Below are positions 1 to 12,740 of a stretch of DNA of 64,000 nt, one piece after another (positions within the stretch are counted from its first letter, which is position 1; every line of letters begins with the position of its first letter). A program made the translations under genes and the position numbers. The stretch comes from Trichoplax adhaerens. Its lineage: Eukaryota > Animalia > Placozoa. The notes beneath the pieces were generated by a model. The model searched no databases. It was not told where the DNA came from and was given only the letters and a program-made list of their open reading frames with translations. The stretch lies in NCBI RefSeq assembly GCF_000150275.1, contig NW_002060947.1:1911740-1975739 (forward strand), in the 5' to 3' direction.

Positions 1-1059
1 AAAATTATATCAAAATATTCAAAGTAAAAAATTGAATTTTTGAGTTATAGGTTACTATAATAGATATGATAAGTATTATCTCCGGTATACGTACGTTTTC
101 TTTTGTAAAATTATGCCTTGCGGCAATATTGTCTATGATATATTCTGCCAATGTGGTATATTGCAGAATAATAGACATGATACTTTCATTTTACATCTAA
201 AATGCTACATCACTAAATTATCTAGATTTTGTTAAACAATTTATTTATTCATGCCAGGAATTTAGATGGTTGTGTAGACATTTGCTAAATATATAATTCA
301 GAGTCTCATTGTGATATCGTATTCGAATGACAAACTCTGTGATATGCATACCAATTTTAAGCGACTTACTTTCTTACTATTCGATTATATCATTTTTAAT
401 TGTACATTGTCTATTGCTATTTACTCAAAACTAATTTGTAGAGAAAATCCTCACTCCGGATTTCTAACATTATTACCGATGCAGTAGATAGTAGGCACTG
501 GTAAAAATGTTCACCTTTAAATGCGGTCGATTTATGATTTTGACTTAGAATAGAAATCCTTTGGCATTTGACAGCTATATACCGTATCGATTCTACGAGT
601 ACAAATAAAAATGGAATTAAAAATTAGTTATATAACTTACAAATATCAGCCATCTATTAGCCCTTGAAACACCCAAATTCGATAGTAGCAGTTCATAATC
701 TTTAGCATTTAACAACAGTACAACTCATCTTAATGCTTGAAGAGCATTAAGCACCAAACTGTATATTTCCAACTTGATCATATTGTAACTAGCTCGCATA
801 TGTAAGCATACGAGTATCTTATCCGCAACACTTAAGATACAGCTTAGATCTGTTGTACTTCTATCACATATGTATCCATGCAAAATTTTTGAAGATATCT
901 AACTTTAGTCCTTTGTTATTCGTTTATAATTTATTTTTTTTCTAATCAGGAATGTTTTATTTATTCGTAATCGACTTTTCACTCTGCACGTATTTCTTTC
1001 ACTTTAATTACTCAAGTGATTATTACCAAATTCTAATGATATCTTTTCTTGCGGCAAAG

Positions 1060-4000
1060 ATTATGCTAAACTCATTGCATAAATATGAGCCTCGGCTGCA
1101 CATTGTTAAAGTTGGGTCATCTCCAGATTCCGATAAAACAATTACTGCTCATTCTTTCCCTGAAACTCAATTTATTGCGGTGACAGCCTACCAAAACGAA
1201 GAGGTATGTTAATTACTGATATTTCGAAATGACCAATCATTTCCCTTATCGCCATGCTCCTTATGCCTGATTTCAACTAATGAATGCTAGAAAGTGATAT
1301 TAATTTATTAACTATAAAGTAAAGCAGTCGAGATTACATTTGTGACGGGTATATTTCTGACCTGCTCGCCATTTTTAATACTGGTATTTTTATATAATTA
1401 AACTTTGAGCTATATAGTTACTAACCCTTCGATATTATTATTCCTTCAAGATTACCGCCTTAAAAATCAAGTATAATCCTTTCGCTAAAGCGTTCTTGGA
1501 TGCCAAGGAAAGGTAAATGACTGCCTAGTTAAATAATAAATTATTGCTATCTTGACTTCAGACTATTTATACTGCACAAGAGTTAAAAAAACTAATTATT
1601 GAATCTATTAATTAAAGTACCAGAAATAGATATTGTTATGGTGCCGTAGTAATCAGCGTCTTTGTAATCCTAATAACCACGGATAAACGAAAATTTCTTT
1701 AGCTAATTAAGCATATATATGTAGTGTAGATATAGTTTATGCGTATTTCTGAGCTTTAACATATAAAAATGTCTAGAATATATCTTGATTTGTCTAAATT
1801 TACATCTTATAAAACACAATAGACTTAGATCTTCCAAAGCTAATGCAGAACTACAAATATATTGTAGAAAATTTAAAAAAAGGGGAATTTTATTTCTATT
1901 AAAAATAGAGCTGAGCAAAAAGAAGCTGAAGAAAAGAGCCATGAATTGAGAGCACCTGCATATCCACCTCACTGTAAGAGAAAATTATAAAATTATATTC
2001 AGAGGATGCAGAATAGAGCCAAGTATTTCAATTATAATTTAATGCCGATATACACTGTTTCTGCCTTTCATAATACAGTTAATGGCGGTTGGTACTTACC
2101 AAATTCTAATCCAATGTGTCGTACACCTCGATCCATTCAACCTCCGTCATTGCAAACAGGTGTTCATCCACATCATCGCATGCCTGCCGTAGAGCGATAT
2201 TCGCCATATTCTCGCCCTGCAGGCTATCCTCAACAATATCATCAGGCATCACCCTATGCAGGCAAGCGATAATAAAATTATTACATCATCAAAATTTATT
2301 TTTATGCAATGGATGAGTCAAATAATGACGGGAAAATAATTATAGAATCACTTACTGGCGACGGTAGTAGTATTCTAGTATAGCATTTCTTGACGTGATA
2401 TTGAAGAAATCTTATAATTCTGTTACTGTTCATTGCTGTAATTGGCCATTTGCTTTAACCCTTCACTACAGTATATCCTTTTATTTCTTAGTCATATGCT
2501 TATTTATTGCAAACTAGGAAATAATTAATATTTTTGAACCTTATATTGAATCCCATAGTAGTTTGAATCACTATATATTTTTGGGGATCTTCATGAGTTC
2601 ACTTCGATATTACGAGTGTATATGTCATATACATTCACAAAGAACTTTTTTAGCATTAGAAGCTTTTAATTAAGATGATGCTACATATTGAAGCGAGGGT
2701 ATCCATACTTACTAGCCTCTATGCAATTTATCACGCTTGATCAGTTGATTTATAATTCATTACTTCGAAGATATGGCTAATTCTAGAATCCATCAGCAAA
2801 AAGAGATCTATCTTTTCATTTTTTAAGCGCAATAGATCAATCTAATAATTCTGAGGTCACTGGTTTCCATGCATTTGCTACGTTTGACCAGTTGATTTGC
2901 AGTATATTGAAGCGGAAATAACTAATTATAGAGCGAATTAGCATAAGAGATCTATACTTGTACTTTTAAGCGTAGTAGATCAATCTTACAGTTCTGACTT
3001 TTAACCGTCCTGTATTTGAATCCCTATAGTAGTTTGCACTATAGGGATGAAACTTATGCTAGGCTATATCGCGCTAAATTGAAATTTTATTTGATAAATT
3101 CGTCACCGTTTTTTTAATTTTGGGGGGACTTTTATTAATTAACAGCAAAAAAGATTTTTCAAAAAATTGCTAAAATCTCAATCTTTGTCGATTGTGATAG
3201 TATGATTTATTCCTAATTATCCCATCTGCTATTTCTAATATGTCTTTGACCTATGGAGAGCAGAATAGAGCTATATTGTTAATAGCTATCCATCGTGATA
3301 TTAGACAGAACTATATGTCATACTACCCTGTCTGAATGTGTTTGTTTGTTATTTTAAATTACTTATGAAATGGTAATCAATAATTGTGATACAGTTATAA
3401 GAAATTGGACTTGGAATACACCTTACGAGTCCTTTCATGTGATATCTAATTAGATAAATAGTTATTTTTGCTCTTCCATGACAGATTCGTTCGTTAGCAT
3501 GATCAAACTCGTTCTCACTAGCTCATATAGAAGATAGTATTGAAATTTTCTCCCACCTTGATTCAAATTAGTGACTAAAGGTGGAATTAGTGTATGTGTT
3601 AATTAGGATAAAATAGCCATTAAAATAGAGATCACGCGAAATCATTGACTTTATTTGTTTACTTTAACTGATTGCTTGTCAATCAGCTAAATAAACAAAG
3701 TCAGCCTACTTTAATTATTTGGTTTGGGTAGGAAGATAACAAGCTAATGACTATTTGCTCAGTGAAGCTTAAGCGGACTAAAACAAAACTTTCCTGTTCA
3801 TATGAATTTTAAACTAGCCTATACTGGAGTTTTATCGGCGCTATTTTGAAGATTATGAGAAAAATTAAACTAGTAATTTGCTTATCATATTCAATCTTTC
3901 GGATGAATATTTCTCATGTTATACTTTTACTGGCGAAATTATTCGAAAGAAAAGTGAAATAATTGAACTAGACATCTTGTAAGAAATGCCTGTTGAATTC

Positions 4001-5423
4001 TGTTTTTAATAATTTTAGTAGAACTTCAGGTTTTTAGTGATTAAGCATGTTGCAGTGGAAGACTGTTTTATATTGTCTAATTGAAGGGTGTACATTGACC
4101 TTAGTATCATGGCGAAATTTGTTCATTAGCATAAATTAGATCCATTACTTAATAATATCAGTAAATAACATAAGAAATAGACTTACTAAGTTACTTTACT
4201 ATGGTTCATTCTTCAAAGACAGAATGCAGTAAAAGGATCAACAAAACTAATAAAAATTACCACCTTATATGTAGAAATAGTTGAAAAAAAGATTGTTTCA
4301 ATCACATACTTATAATTACAATTTGATGATATTAAAGCCAGAGACCTTAAGATATATTAAATGAATAAGTAGGTTTTCATGATGATCCAAGAGTCAGAGA
4401 CTTGAGACTCAGTATCAATTCGTTCAATGAAAATATTATCACACAATTGGATAATATCAAAATTAGAGGCCATTAGATATATTAGTAAATCTATTTTCCC
4501 AATAACTAATACAGCGAAGACTTGAAATATACGCGTATGATAGCATTAGGAATAAACTTAATTTAATGCCGCGCATATTGAGCTGCTACTTCGACAATTA
4601 TGTGCAGGAAATCACATTATTGTGATGTTCATCATCGTACAGCCATCGTTAATAATATTAATAAAAATTTGGTATTGTATAATGATATTATTTATGAAGT
4701 TAATCTAGCATAATATCAATAGAATTTTCTTCTCAGAAGGAGATCTACAATATAAGAATTTTTAAAAAGTTTAAGAGCAACGATAAAAATCAATTTTAGA
4801 ATAAATAGTGAGCTGAGTCCTAAAGCTTGCTATTTATTATTTTAATTATGCGACATAGCAAAATGATGCTGTTTTAAGTTGTTTAGTTTGATAATACTCC
4901 CTCAATTCGATTCAATCTCAAAGTTGTCTTATTTACGTCAAACCTTATACAATAATCAATTTTAGGCGGCCACCTTACTGATCATGACGCCAATGCGATG
5001 TTATTACAAAGTGCAGCAGCTGCTAATGTTGGCACCCCGACAGATCCCTGGGGGCGATCTCGTCCTAATCCACCCATGTTGCCGTCGCCAACTGCCTTGC
5101 CAGGGCCACCTCCTAGTTTATGGTCGTCGACATCAACGCCATTAGGAGCAGCGAGAGCCCAATTTAATTCACATCCATCATTTGCAACGGCAGCTACGGT
5201 GGCCGCTGCAGCAGCTTCTAGTGCTAGCGCTGGACATGTTTCTAGCTCCAATAGTCCTATCAATGCTAGCCATATTGCACGATCAGGGATGTACGGTAAT
5301 GCCCATATACAAGATATCAATGACGAAAGTGGTTCCGGTGAAACCGGACATCTTTATACACATCCACCGGCTATGCCTGTTCATACTATGGCATCTTGGA
5401 ATTCCATGGTGCCACAAGTTTAA
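1060..5423 (+). CDS. TBXT: Brachyury (T-box transcription factor T); 5' exons lie upstream of the window
   Basis: Exons 1060-1203 ([19 protein letters not shown]...[16 protein letters not shown]), 1451-1512 ([21 protein letters not shown]), 1909-1973, 2079-2261 (GGWYLP...ERYSPY) and 4966-5423 (ends SWNSMVPQV*). The T-box C-terminal half is diagnostic of the Brachyury subfamily, and all splice phases are consistent. Confidence 0.96.
2738..2997. repeat. Diverged tandem duplication (about 148-nt period) in Brachyury intron
   Basis: TGA(T/C)CAGTTGATTT...AGAGATCTAT...TTTTAAGCG...TAGATCAATCT...TTCTGA occurs at about 2738 and about 2886. Confidence 0.7.
3646..3703. promoter_or_regulatory. Imperfect 58-nt palindrome carrying Fox, Pbx/Meis and TCF/Sox-like sites; candidate intronic enhancer
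   Basis: TGACTTTATTTGTTTAC...CTGATTG-CTTGT-CAATCAG...TAAATAAACAAAGTCA. Sites: TGTTTAC 3656-3662; TGTCAATCA (reverse complement TGATTGACA) 3677-3685; TAAATAAACA 3688-3697; AACAAAG 3694-3700. Function is inferred from motifs only. Confidence 0.4.
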
Positions 5424-8400
5424 TAAGTGTAAAAAATTTTCACTGTAATATCAAGAAAGTAAGCCGATGAGCAAAATACTCCATGCGCATACTTTCTACA
5501 TCCTATCAAACAAGTAGCAAAGTACAAACATCTACTATTCTCATTTTTGCCTTAACTGACCTAAGCTGGTAACATTTAACTATTCTACTAATCAAGTTTA
5601 AAAAAGCGAATATAAAAAATTTGAAGTTTTTCCGAAGAGTAAATTTAAGATCTATTTGTCATGGCAAAGAAGTGAATGCAAGTTTTCATCACCAACTACA
5701 ATGATGAAACTTATTCTTTCCCCTGCAACCTTTTATAGGGATTTTACATAAAAATATGCAAATCATTATAAATTATAATTAATCATCATCATAATGAAGG
5801 AGTTACGACTTGTTTTATATATGTATATACAGCATATACTAGTGTATACATTCAACCATATATATATATCAAAATATGTATATCGTTATGATTTACTTCG
5901 TGGATCATTTTAAATAATGATTATACTTAGAAAACCACTGCTCTAACTGTCGCCACATCTAACTGCGTGTGAATTCCCCTGCATACGTGTGTATCTATCG
6001 ATTGCTTGTCTAAAACTAATTTAAAACCGGTACCTGTTAATTATTAGCTATCACAAAAATCTTGATATACAACGTTAACCTAGAAATGAATTACTTGGCC
6101 GTTATATTATTTCTCCATAAACATTGACTGACCTAATGCTTCATTTCCTTTCAAATATTATAGTTATTCTCCGAATATTAGCTGCAAAGGCTAATTTTAA
6201 TAGCTCAAAGTTTTACATGTAATGCATTATTTCAATCCATTTATCTAATGCAAAGAAAGATAAGAGATTGCAGATACTTTAGTCAGAAATACACGTAGAC
6301 TACTATGTGCATTTTGAGATGTATTATGTTATGCTGGTTGTTAGAACTGGTGTTTTCACTTATCGATAAGTTCAATTTTTTCTGGCAACATAAACAGTTT
6401 TTGGTCCATTGATCTTGTCGAATTTAGAGAAATTGTTAACTTGTAATTGGCTTATTGATAACTGTCATTCACTTTCCATTAAGCTTTAGCTCTTTATCGA
6501 AGTGATTTGCTATAAAACGCATGCAGCACTTTTCAATACTTTTAGGCATACTGCTGGATGTTTCTATCCTATTGTCATATCCAAATTAATATACGCATGT
6601 CATTCTAAGATAGAACTTAATCACTAAAAGAATTTTAATACATGGATAATTTCAGATTTCAACTGTAATATGTAATCAGCGAAATTTTCATTGAGAAAGG
6701 TTTATTCTAACTTTATAGTTGTTCTGTGATATATTACTCAAAGCTTAATGTATGCTATTCATATTTAGTACTATTGGTTGTCAAGTACCCCTTCCAATAT
6801 CTGTATTAAAATACGTATATATATAATTTGCAGTATTCATCGTGGATATATAGAAACATTTCGAACACGTCGATATGATTTGAGTGTAGCTATCTTTAGA
6901 TGATTATAATTTAGAGCTGATATTTTCAACAATATCAACTAATAATGCTATTGTTGTTTAATGTAGTTCTGGCTTTTACGTATTTTCAATAACTGTTACT
7001 ACTAAATTCCTTCTGGGCTGCTTTTAAATTTAAAACCTTATAATTCTCTGCAGTTTTACAGAGATCACTAGTTGTTTATGTCTTCCGAATTTTACAAGAC
7101 AAAAGCGCATTCGTTTGTTAAATTTACATTCTTTCATATCAGATGTTTTATTATCTTACATAACGCTATGCTTATCGTTGTTGTTGAATTTACCTCACTT
7201 GGTATGTCATGATTGATTGAAAGTCTTGTAACAGCTCAAATCAGCTTTTAAGATGTAATCCTTAAGTATAATCCGGATTTATCAAAAGCAATAAAACTAT
7301 CATGTTTTCTTTTACCACTCGCCAATACTGTATCTTCCTTTCTTTATTTTAAATGGTATCATTTTAGGTAATACTCGTAGAAGATACTTAGGATTATTTA
7401 AGTAGCGAATACTCGAATTTTAATAATCTAATACCAGCATAGACTATTCGTTTTATGTCACTATACTGCATGATTTCTGTCTACTTTATAGCACAGTATT
7501 TTCGCAGTGGTTCATTTATAAACTTACGAAGATCTTAAACTTTAAGTCCTCTTATAGATTTAAAAATTTGTAGACATATGTAGCTTAGTCAATTGAAAAG
7601 GTAATGTTGTTTGAAGTACTGTAGTGATCTAAAAGAGGCGAAATAAATTGCTCTGTTTCTGATATAGTATTTTGGAACATATTACCAGTACGAATATACC
7701 GACGTACATGCTGACTTTAAAGTAGCTGATTACTTACTGTAGATCGTATATTTACTTCAGAACTGTTTTAGCAATGTCTAGTCAAAAATTGTTGTAAATT
7801 GGGATGGCCTTATGTAATAGCGTACAATTCGATCACGCTCACCCAATCGTGTGCTATTGTTTTACATAAATCATGGACTTTTATTAGATACTTCGAGGTA
7901 TCTGGAAGTCTATGACATATTCATACGGTATACCTATATTTATTAGCAGATTTGGAGTACAACATATTATATTTTTTATGTTGCAATGCTGTATATATGC
8001 ATTATTAATAAACATGATTACAGAATATTGTGTACTAGAATTTTTTATCCATTAGTAAATACAACCTCTTTGTAATCTACTACTGTTGTATCGAGCTATG
8101 CATATCAAGATCTTACACTCTCATGTCCGCATGGAATATGGAGCGAAGTTAATTCCTTAGCCATTTACTAACCAGAAAATCTGTGCACATGTAACCCTGC
8201 TCGTAAGCAGATATGCTAACTTTCCAACAGCTCTCGTTAAGTAATCAATTTTTCTTGGGTTAATTTTATATGCTAGATCGACTTCAGCAATTAAGACAGT
8301 GTAAATTCGTTGTATGAGTTACTTGCTATACACAGAATATCTAAGTTCGCATAGGATTGAGATATTGAAAGTGAATAAAGAATAGTTTTAAAATGTATAA

Positions 8401-9082
8401 AATGAAGCTCCGATATCTGTACCACGCAAATAAAATCTTTTGTTTGAAATAACACGGCTCAAAGAATATTTATACTCGTAATGAACGTCTACCTTAAATA
8501 CTGAATCGTGCTAATACGAATGAAATTACGTTAATCCGCAAGTGATAGGCAAGGGCATTCAGGAATTTTAAGCATCTTGAAAATATATCTAGGAGAAGAA
8601 ACGTAATATGACATTGTCTACTAGGTCTAATTAGTCTATAAGTTAGATATGGAAGCAATTTAATCATAAATCTCATTTTATTATTTAAATCCATTGACTG
8701 TTATGATGGACCTGTAAAGTATTACCACAGAATACGAGTATGCATCTTTAACAATTAGTTACGTACCTGATGCATTTACATTACCATTATGAAGGAATAC
8801 TGTAATCTACTGTTAGTTACATTACAGATCAAATACACACTTACAATAAAGAGCATAAATTGCATTATTCTATACTACTGTAATTTACACAGCTATTTAC
8901 TTTAAGCGATATACAATGTTTATACACAAACTAATATGGTGTAACCAAATCAGTTAGTGGTATACTTTTACGATGACAGAAAAGTTTTGTTGGTAACTGT
9001 GTAGTGTGATAATTCAATATCGCTTCTAGGCCTGATCTTCTGGAGAGCGTTATTCCACGAATGTAGAAGTTCTCTATTTGCA

Positions 9083-11780
9083 CTAGACATTGCAACAGCT
9101 TTTAAAGCAGCCCGTAACGGCAGATCTTAAAAAAGTTGTAATATCACCATTAATTAAGATTATCGTAAAATTTAAATTTACAAATGAGTGCTGGATCGTT
9201 AACTTAAGCAATTATCTTACCTTGCATAAGGAATATATGATAAGCAGTACCTATATAGAACACAGGCACAAAAGTATTGTTACACAACAACATCAATTGG
9301 AAACATATTACGATATATCAAGGTGATGAATTAACAAGTAAACAACTTACCAAGTCATCGCTAAATACTGGCAAATGCAAAAAATAAGAGCCAGGAAAGC
9401 TTTCTTCCACTACATCGTTAAAAGTCATACCAATAATAAGTCTTAGCTTAATAATGATATACATTAATTAATTAATATCAATACTATACTGTAAACCGTC
9501 AATGTAATACATATGGTAGCATTCTTACTGTGTCTTTGTGTAGGATACTTATTGTTATGCACAAAAATGGTGTCAAGTTTTATCAAGCGAATATCAATTG
9601 CTTACCCAGAGAGCGGCACATAGCGTTAGACCGAGAAATAGCTAAATCACCGAAAGAGTCAAATTTATCATCCATGTTCAGAATTTTGGATATTTTAAAA
9701 GTGCTTTCATAAAGTATATCAGGTTACTCACAAATACTAAACAGGTAGCAATCAATCTGTTTGGATCTAACATTCTTTTAATTTGCTTCACCGGTCCCAT
9801 CAAAAATACGGTACTATAAAAAGTAATATAGCTGAGAAAATTTTTCACATTGCATTTAAGTATTAATAAACTCTAACCTAGCAATTGAGAGTATGTTACC
9901 AAAAGAGTACAGAAATGCAAATGCTGTCAAGTTACCAAAGAAAAGCATGATCGATCCCTTAGAACCAGTAGAGTGAAAGCGTTTAGAGAGTAGTAATAAA
10001 GGTTCAAATAAAATATATGTCATTTCTTAACAGTTCTCTAAAGTGCGTAGTTTATAAGCAAACATATTCGTACTGTATATATATATAAAGTAGTATATTG
10101 TTGTATATCCATCAGTAAGGTAAAGCATACTCAAACAAGGGCCTCTACTAGATTAAAAGTGATGTAAATTTAGTCAGCAACGGTCAAATTACTAATTATA
10201 CAGGTATAAGAAAACTTCATCTCTAATACGCAGCTACTCGTTATTCTAAGAGTACACGGTATTGAACATGAAATACTTTGATATTTATTGCTTACAATAA
10301 TTGAAAGTAGGACGCCTAAACCAAAGCAAATACCAAAGCCTTTAATTCTTGTACTCCAACTTAGCGTGGAAGCATCGGATACCTACGTTAAAATAACGTT
10401 AACTTTATCATTAAATAGTATTATTAACTAAGCCGGTAGCAGATTCGTTTAGTAAGTAACCATTGGACATTGAATTGTTGATAGAGCATTATAGTAACCT
10501 TACAGTGGCATGTTTATTTGATTCCTTAAAAGGATTTCACACTATCATTTATATGCAGTATACTATAGTAAAATTGCAGTACTCGTGTCCGAATCATCCA
10601 TCAATCATAGTAGCTAACTATCTGAATCTTGTATGCATCTAAGGCGTCTTGAAAGATAGATTTAATACTGTATTTAACAAGAATCTACCCTATACAAGGT
10701 ACTTTATAAAATGTTTTCCATCTGCAACATGTTATCGAGGAAAGTGGATGACTACATTGATCAAGATACCCATCAACAAGAATGTACAGTACCATATGTA
10801 GTGGAGTGGATAAGAAATGGTCTTACTATTTCATTTTGGTAATAAATGTTTCCATCTCCACAATATTCTTACCCAGGAAAGTGGATGACTACGTTCATTT
10901 AAGATAGCCATCAACAAGAATCTACCCTCTATACGTACCTTTATAGCATTACAGTATTACCTAGGAAAAATAGATGACTACATTGATCAAGATAGCTATT
11001 ATCAAAAACCTTCTCTATAGACAATACCGTAGGCGGTGGAATGGATAAGAAAAAGTCTCGTTATCGTAGTAAACTATTTGCATCTCCATACTATTACTAC
11101 CTGGAAAAGTGGATGATTCCATTGATCAAGATACCCATTAATAAGGATCTACCTTGGTCGATCCTATTAGACACTACCGTAGGTGTAGTCCGCAATTTTT
11201 CCATCTGTATGACAGGATGTAGGCAAGTGGACAACTACATTGTACTTCTTTCTTGATCCAATTTAGTTGATTGGATATGGTGTTGAAAGTTAGAACCTCA
11301 TTTGCTGTACACTTCTTTTCGACTCGTGTAATGATGATGGATAATTGGATACAATTCTATCCATTTATTATGACAACTTGGTTATTTTAGAGTCTTGCTA
11401 ACAGGCAGTTAGTGCAAGGACAATCGATAGGGTTTGATGATGCAGATACAGTCGTACAAATCCAACAACACTATGAGTTTGCTTGGCTATTCTTCTACTT
11501 TTGCTTACGCTAGATTAAAAAGATGATAGGTAGGAATGTATATGATAGCAAAGAACTGGCTATTGACGTATTCTACGGTTGCATTGGCACTATTCAAGGA
11601 CCCCATCTGTAGTAATTGGATGCCACAAAGCATGACTATACCGCCATCACTTGCATACATTGATGTAGCAAGCCGTCTACTCAAGCAACAAGCTTGTATT
11701 TTACTTTCAAGCATCACCTGTGCTAGTAATGAAGGCTCTTCTTCCTTTTGGCCGCCAACCAGGCCTTTTAACTTATCCAT
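9083..11780 (-). CDS. SFT2D: Vesicle transport protein SFT2 (SFT2D1/SFT2D2-like, Got1/Sft2 family), 159 aa, 8 exons
   Basis: Minus-strand exons 11780-11718 (MDKLKGLVGGQKEEEPSLLAQ), 10382-10296 (VSDASTLSWSTRIKGFGICF), 9957-9878, 9813-9732 (STVFLMGPVKQIKRM), 9641-9606, 9409-9351, 9250-9221 (WYCLSYIPYAR) and 9125-9083 (ends CFKSCCNV*). All GT-AG, 480 nt in total. Confidence 0.95.
10710..11245. repeat. Degenerate tandem repeat in SFT2 intron 1 (five copies of a roughly 50-nt core)
   Basis: Core GGAAAGTGGATGACTACATTGATCAAGATACCCATCAACAAGAAT at about 10739, 10876, 10964, 11103 and 11222 (last copy partial). Spacers are partly homologous to each other. Confidence 0.8.
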
Positions 11781-12149
11781 TCTTGAGTGGTTGTGATGAA
11801 TTGGAGAGAGGAAAGGAGGAAAGAGTAGACGATGTTTTCTTGCTCGAGTAGTTGGTGCAGGATGGCTTTTACTTGGGGAGTCGGACTGCCTTCCAGCCTG
11901 CTGTACAGTACCGTAAGTTAAAGTTGAATGCCTATGTGAATACTGTACCAGTCTACTACACGGTACTGCGGTACCGTGGCGACCGGATGCAGATGACATC
12001 ATCATTATCTAAAAATGGCTACATATCATCATCTGGTGGATCCTATCGAGAAATGTAGCAGTCACTTTAATGGTAGCAGATTTCAGTTTGCAGTAGTTTA
12101 GACGATCTAGCCTAGATACTCGATAGTTTAAGGCTTTCTTTTTAGCAAA

Positions 12150-12740
12150 ATTGCAATCACCCGGGAAATCGCTGTGTAGCACTAACTTGAATCGTATTGG
12201 ATTTCAATTTGCATGACTTTCCAATAGTTTCCTGAATATCCTACAGTTTTTTTTAAAATATACTTTCTTTCTAGAAATGGGCAATCCCCGGAAATCACTG
12301 TGGAACACTAGCTTGAATCGTACCGGATTTCAATTTGCAAAATTACTAAAATAGTCTCCTAGATATTATATCATTTTAATCTGTACTTTCTGAATAACAG
12401 TTTGCAATTCCCGCGAAATCGCTGTGTAGTACTAACTTGAATCGTATTGGATTTCAATTTGCATGACTTTCCAATAGTTTCCTGAATATCCTACAGTTTT
12501 TTTTTAAAATATACTTTCTTTCTAGAAATGGGCAATGCCCGGAAATCACTGTGGAACACTAGCTTGAATCGTACCGGATTTCAATTTGCAAAATTTTTAA
12601 AATAGTCTCCTAGATATTATATCATTTTAATCTGTACTTTCTGAATAACAGTTTGCAATTCCCGCGAAATCGCTGTGTAGCGCTAGCATGAATCGTACTA
12701 AATTTCAATTTGCAAGAGTTCAACACTTTAACCTGAATAC
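12150..12740. repeat. Higher-order tandem repeat: about 125-nt monomers arranged ABABA (about 251-nt dimer)
   Basis: GAAATC(G/A)CTGTG...TGAATCGTA...TTTCAATTTGCA at 12165, 12291, 12415, 12542 and 12666. The two AB dimers are nearly identical. Confidence 0.92.

Larger units (their letters stand above)
2262..4965 (+). other. GC-AG intron of Brachyury (about 2.7 kb)
   Basis: Donor CAG|GCAAGC at 2262 (phase 1) joins in frame to acceptor TTTTAG|GC at 4965, giving ...[18 protein letters not shown]. No suitable GT donor occurs before the TAA at 2270-2272. Confidence 0.75.

Noticed and set aside
3646-3703. Pre-miRNA hairpin
   Set aside because: The stem is very AU-rich with mismatches and an asymmetric bulge and has no extended lower stem. 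A DNA-level motif palindrome explains it more simply.
4982-5448. Antisense and alternative-frame ORFs over the last Brachyury exon
   Set aside because: Shadow ORFs of a GC-richer coding exon.
10710-11245. CRISPR-like repeat-spacer pattern
   Set aside because: Repeats are diverged, spacers vary widely in length and are homologous to each other, the array is inside a spliceosomal intron, and no cas genes are present.
11505-12058. 166-aa minus-strand ORF and overlapping plus-strand ORFs
   Set aside because: Only the 21 codons MDKLK...LLAQ match SFT2 exon 1 and end at a GT donor; the rest is 5' flank and intron read-through.
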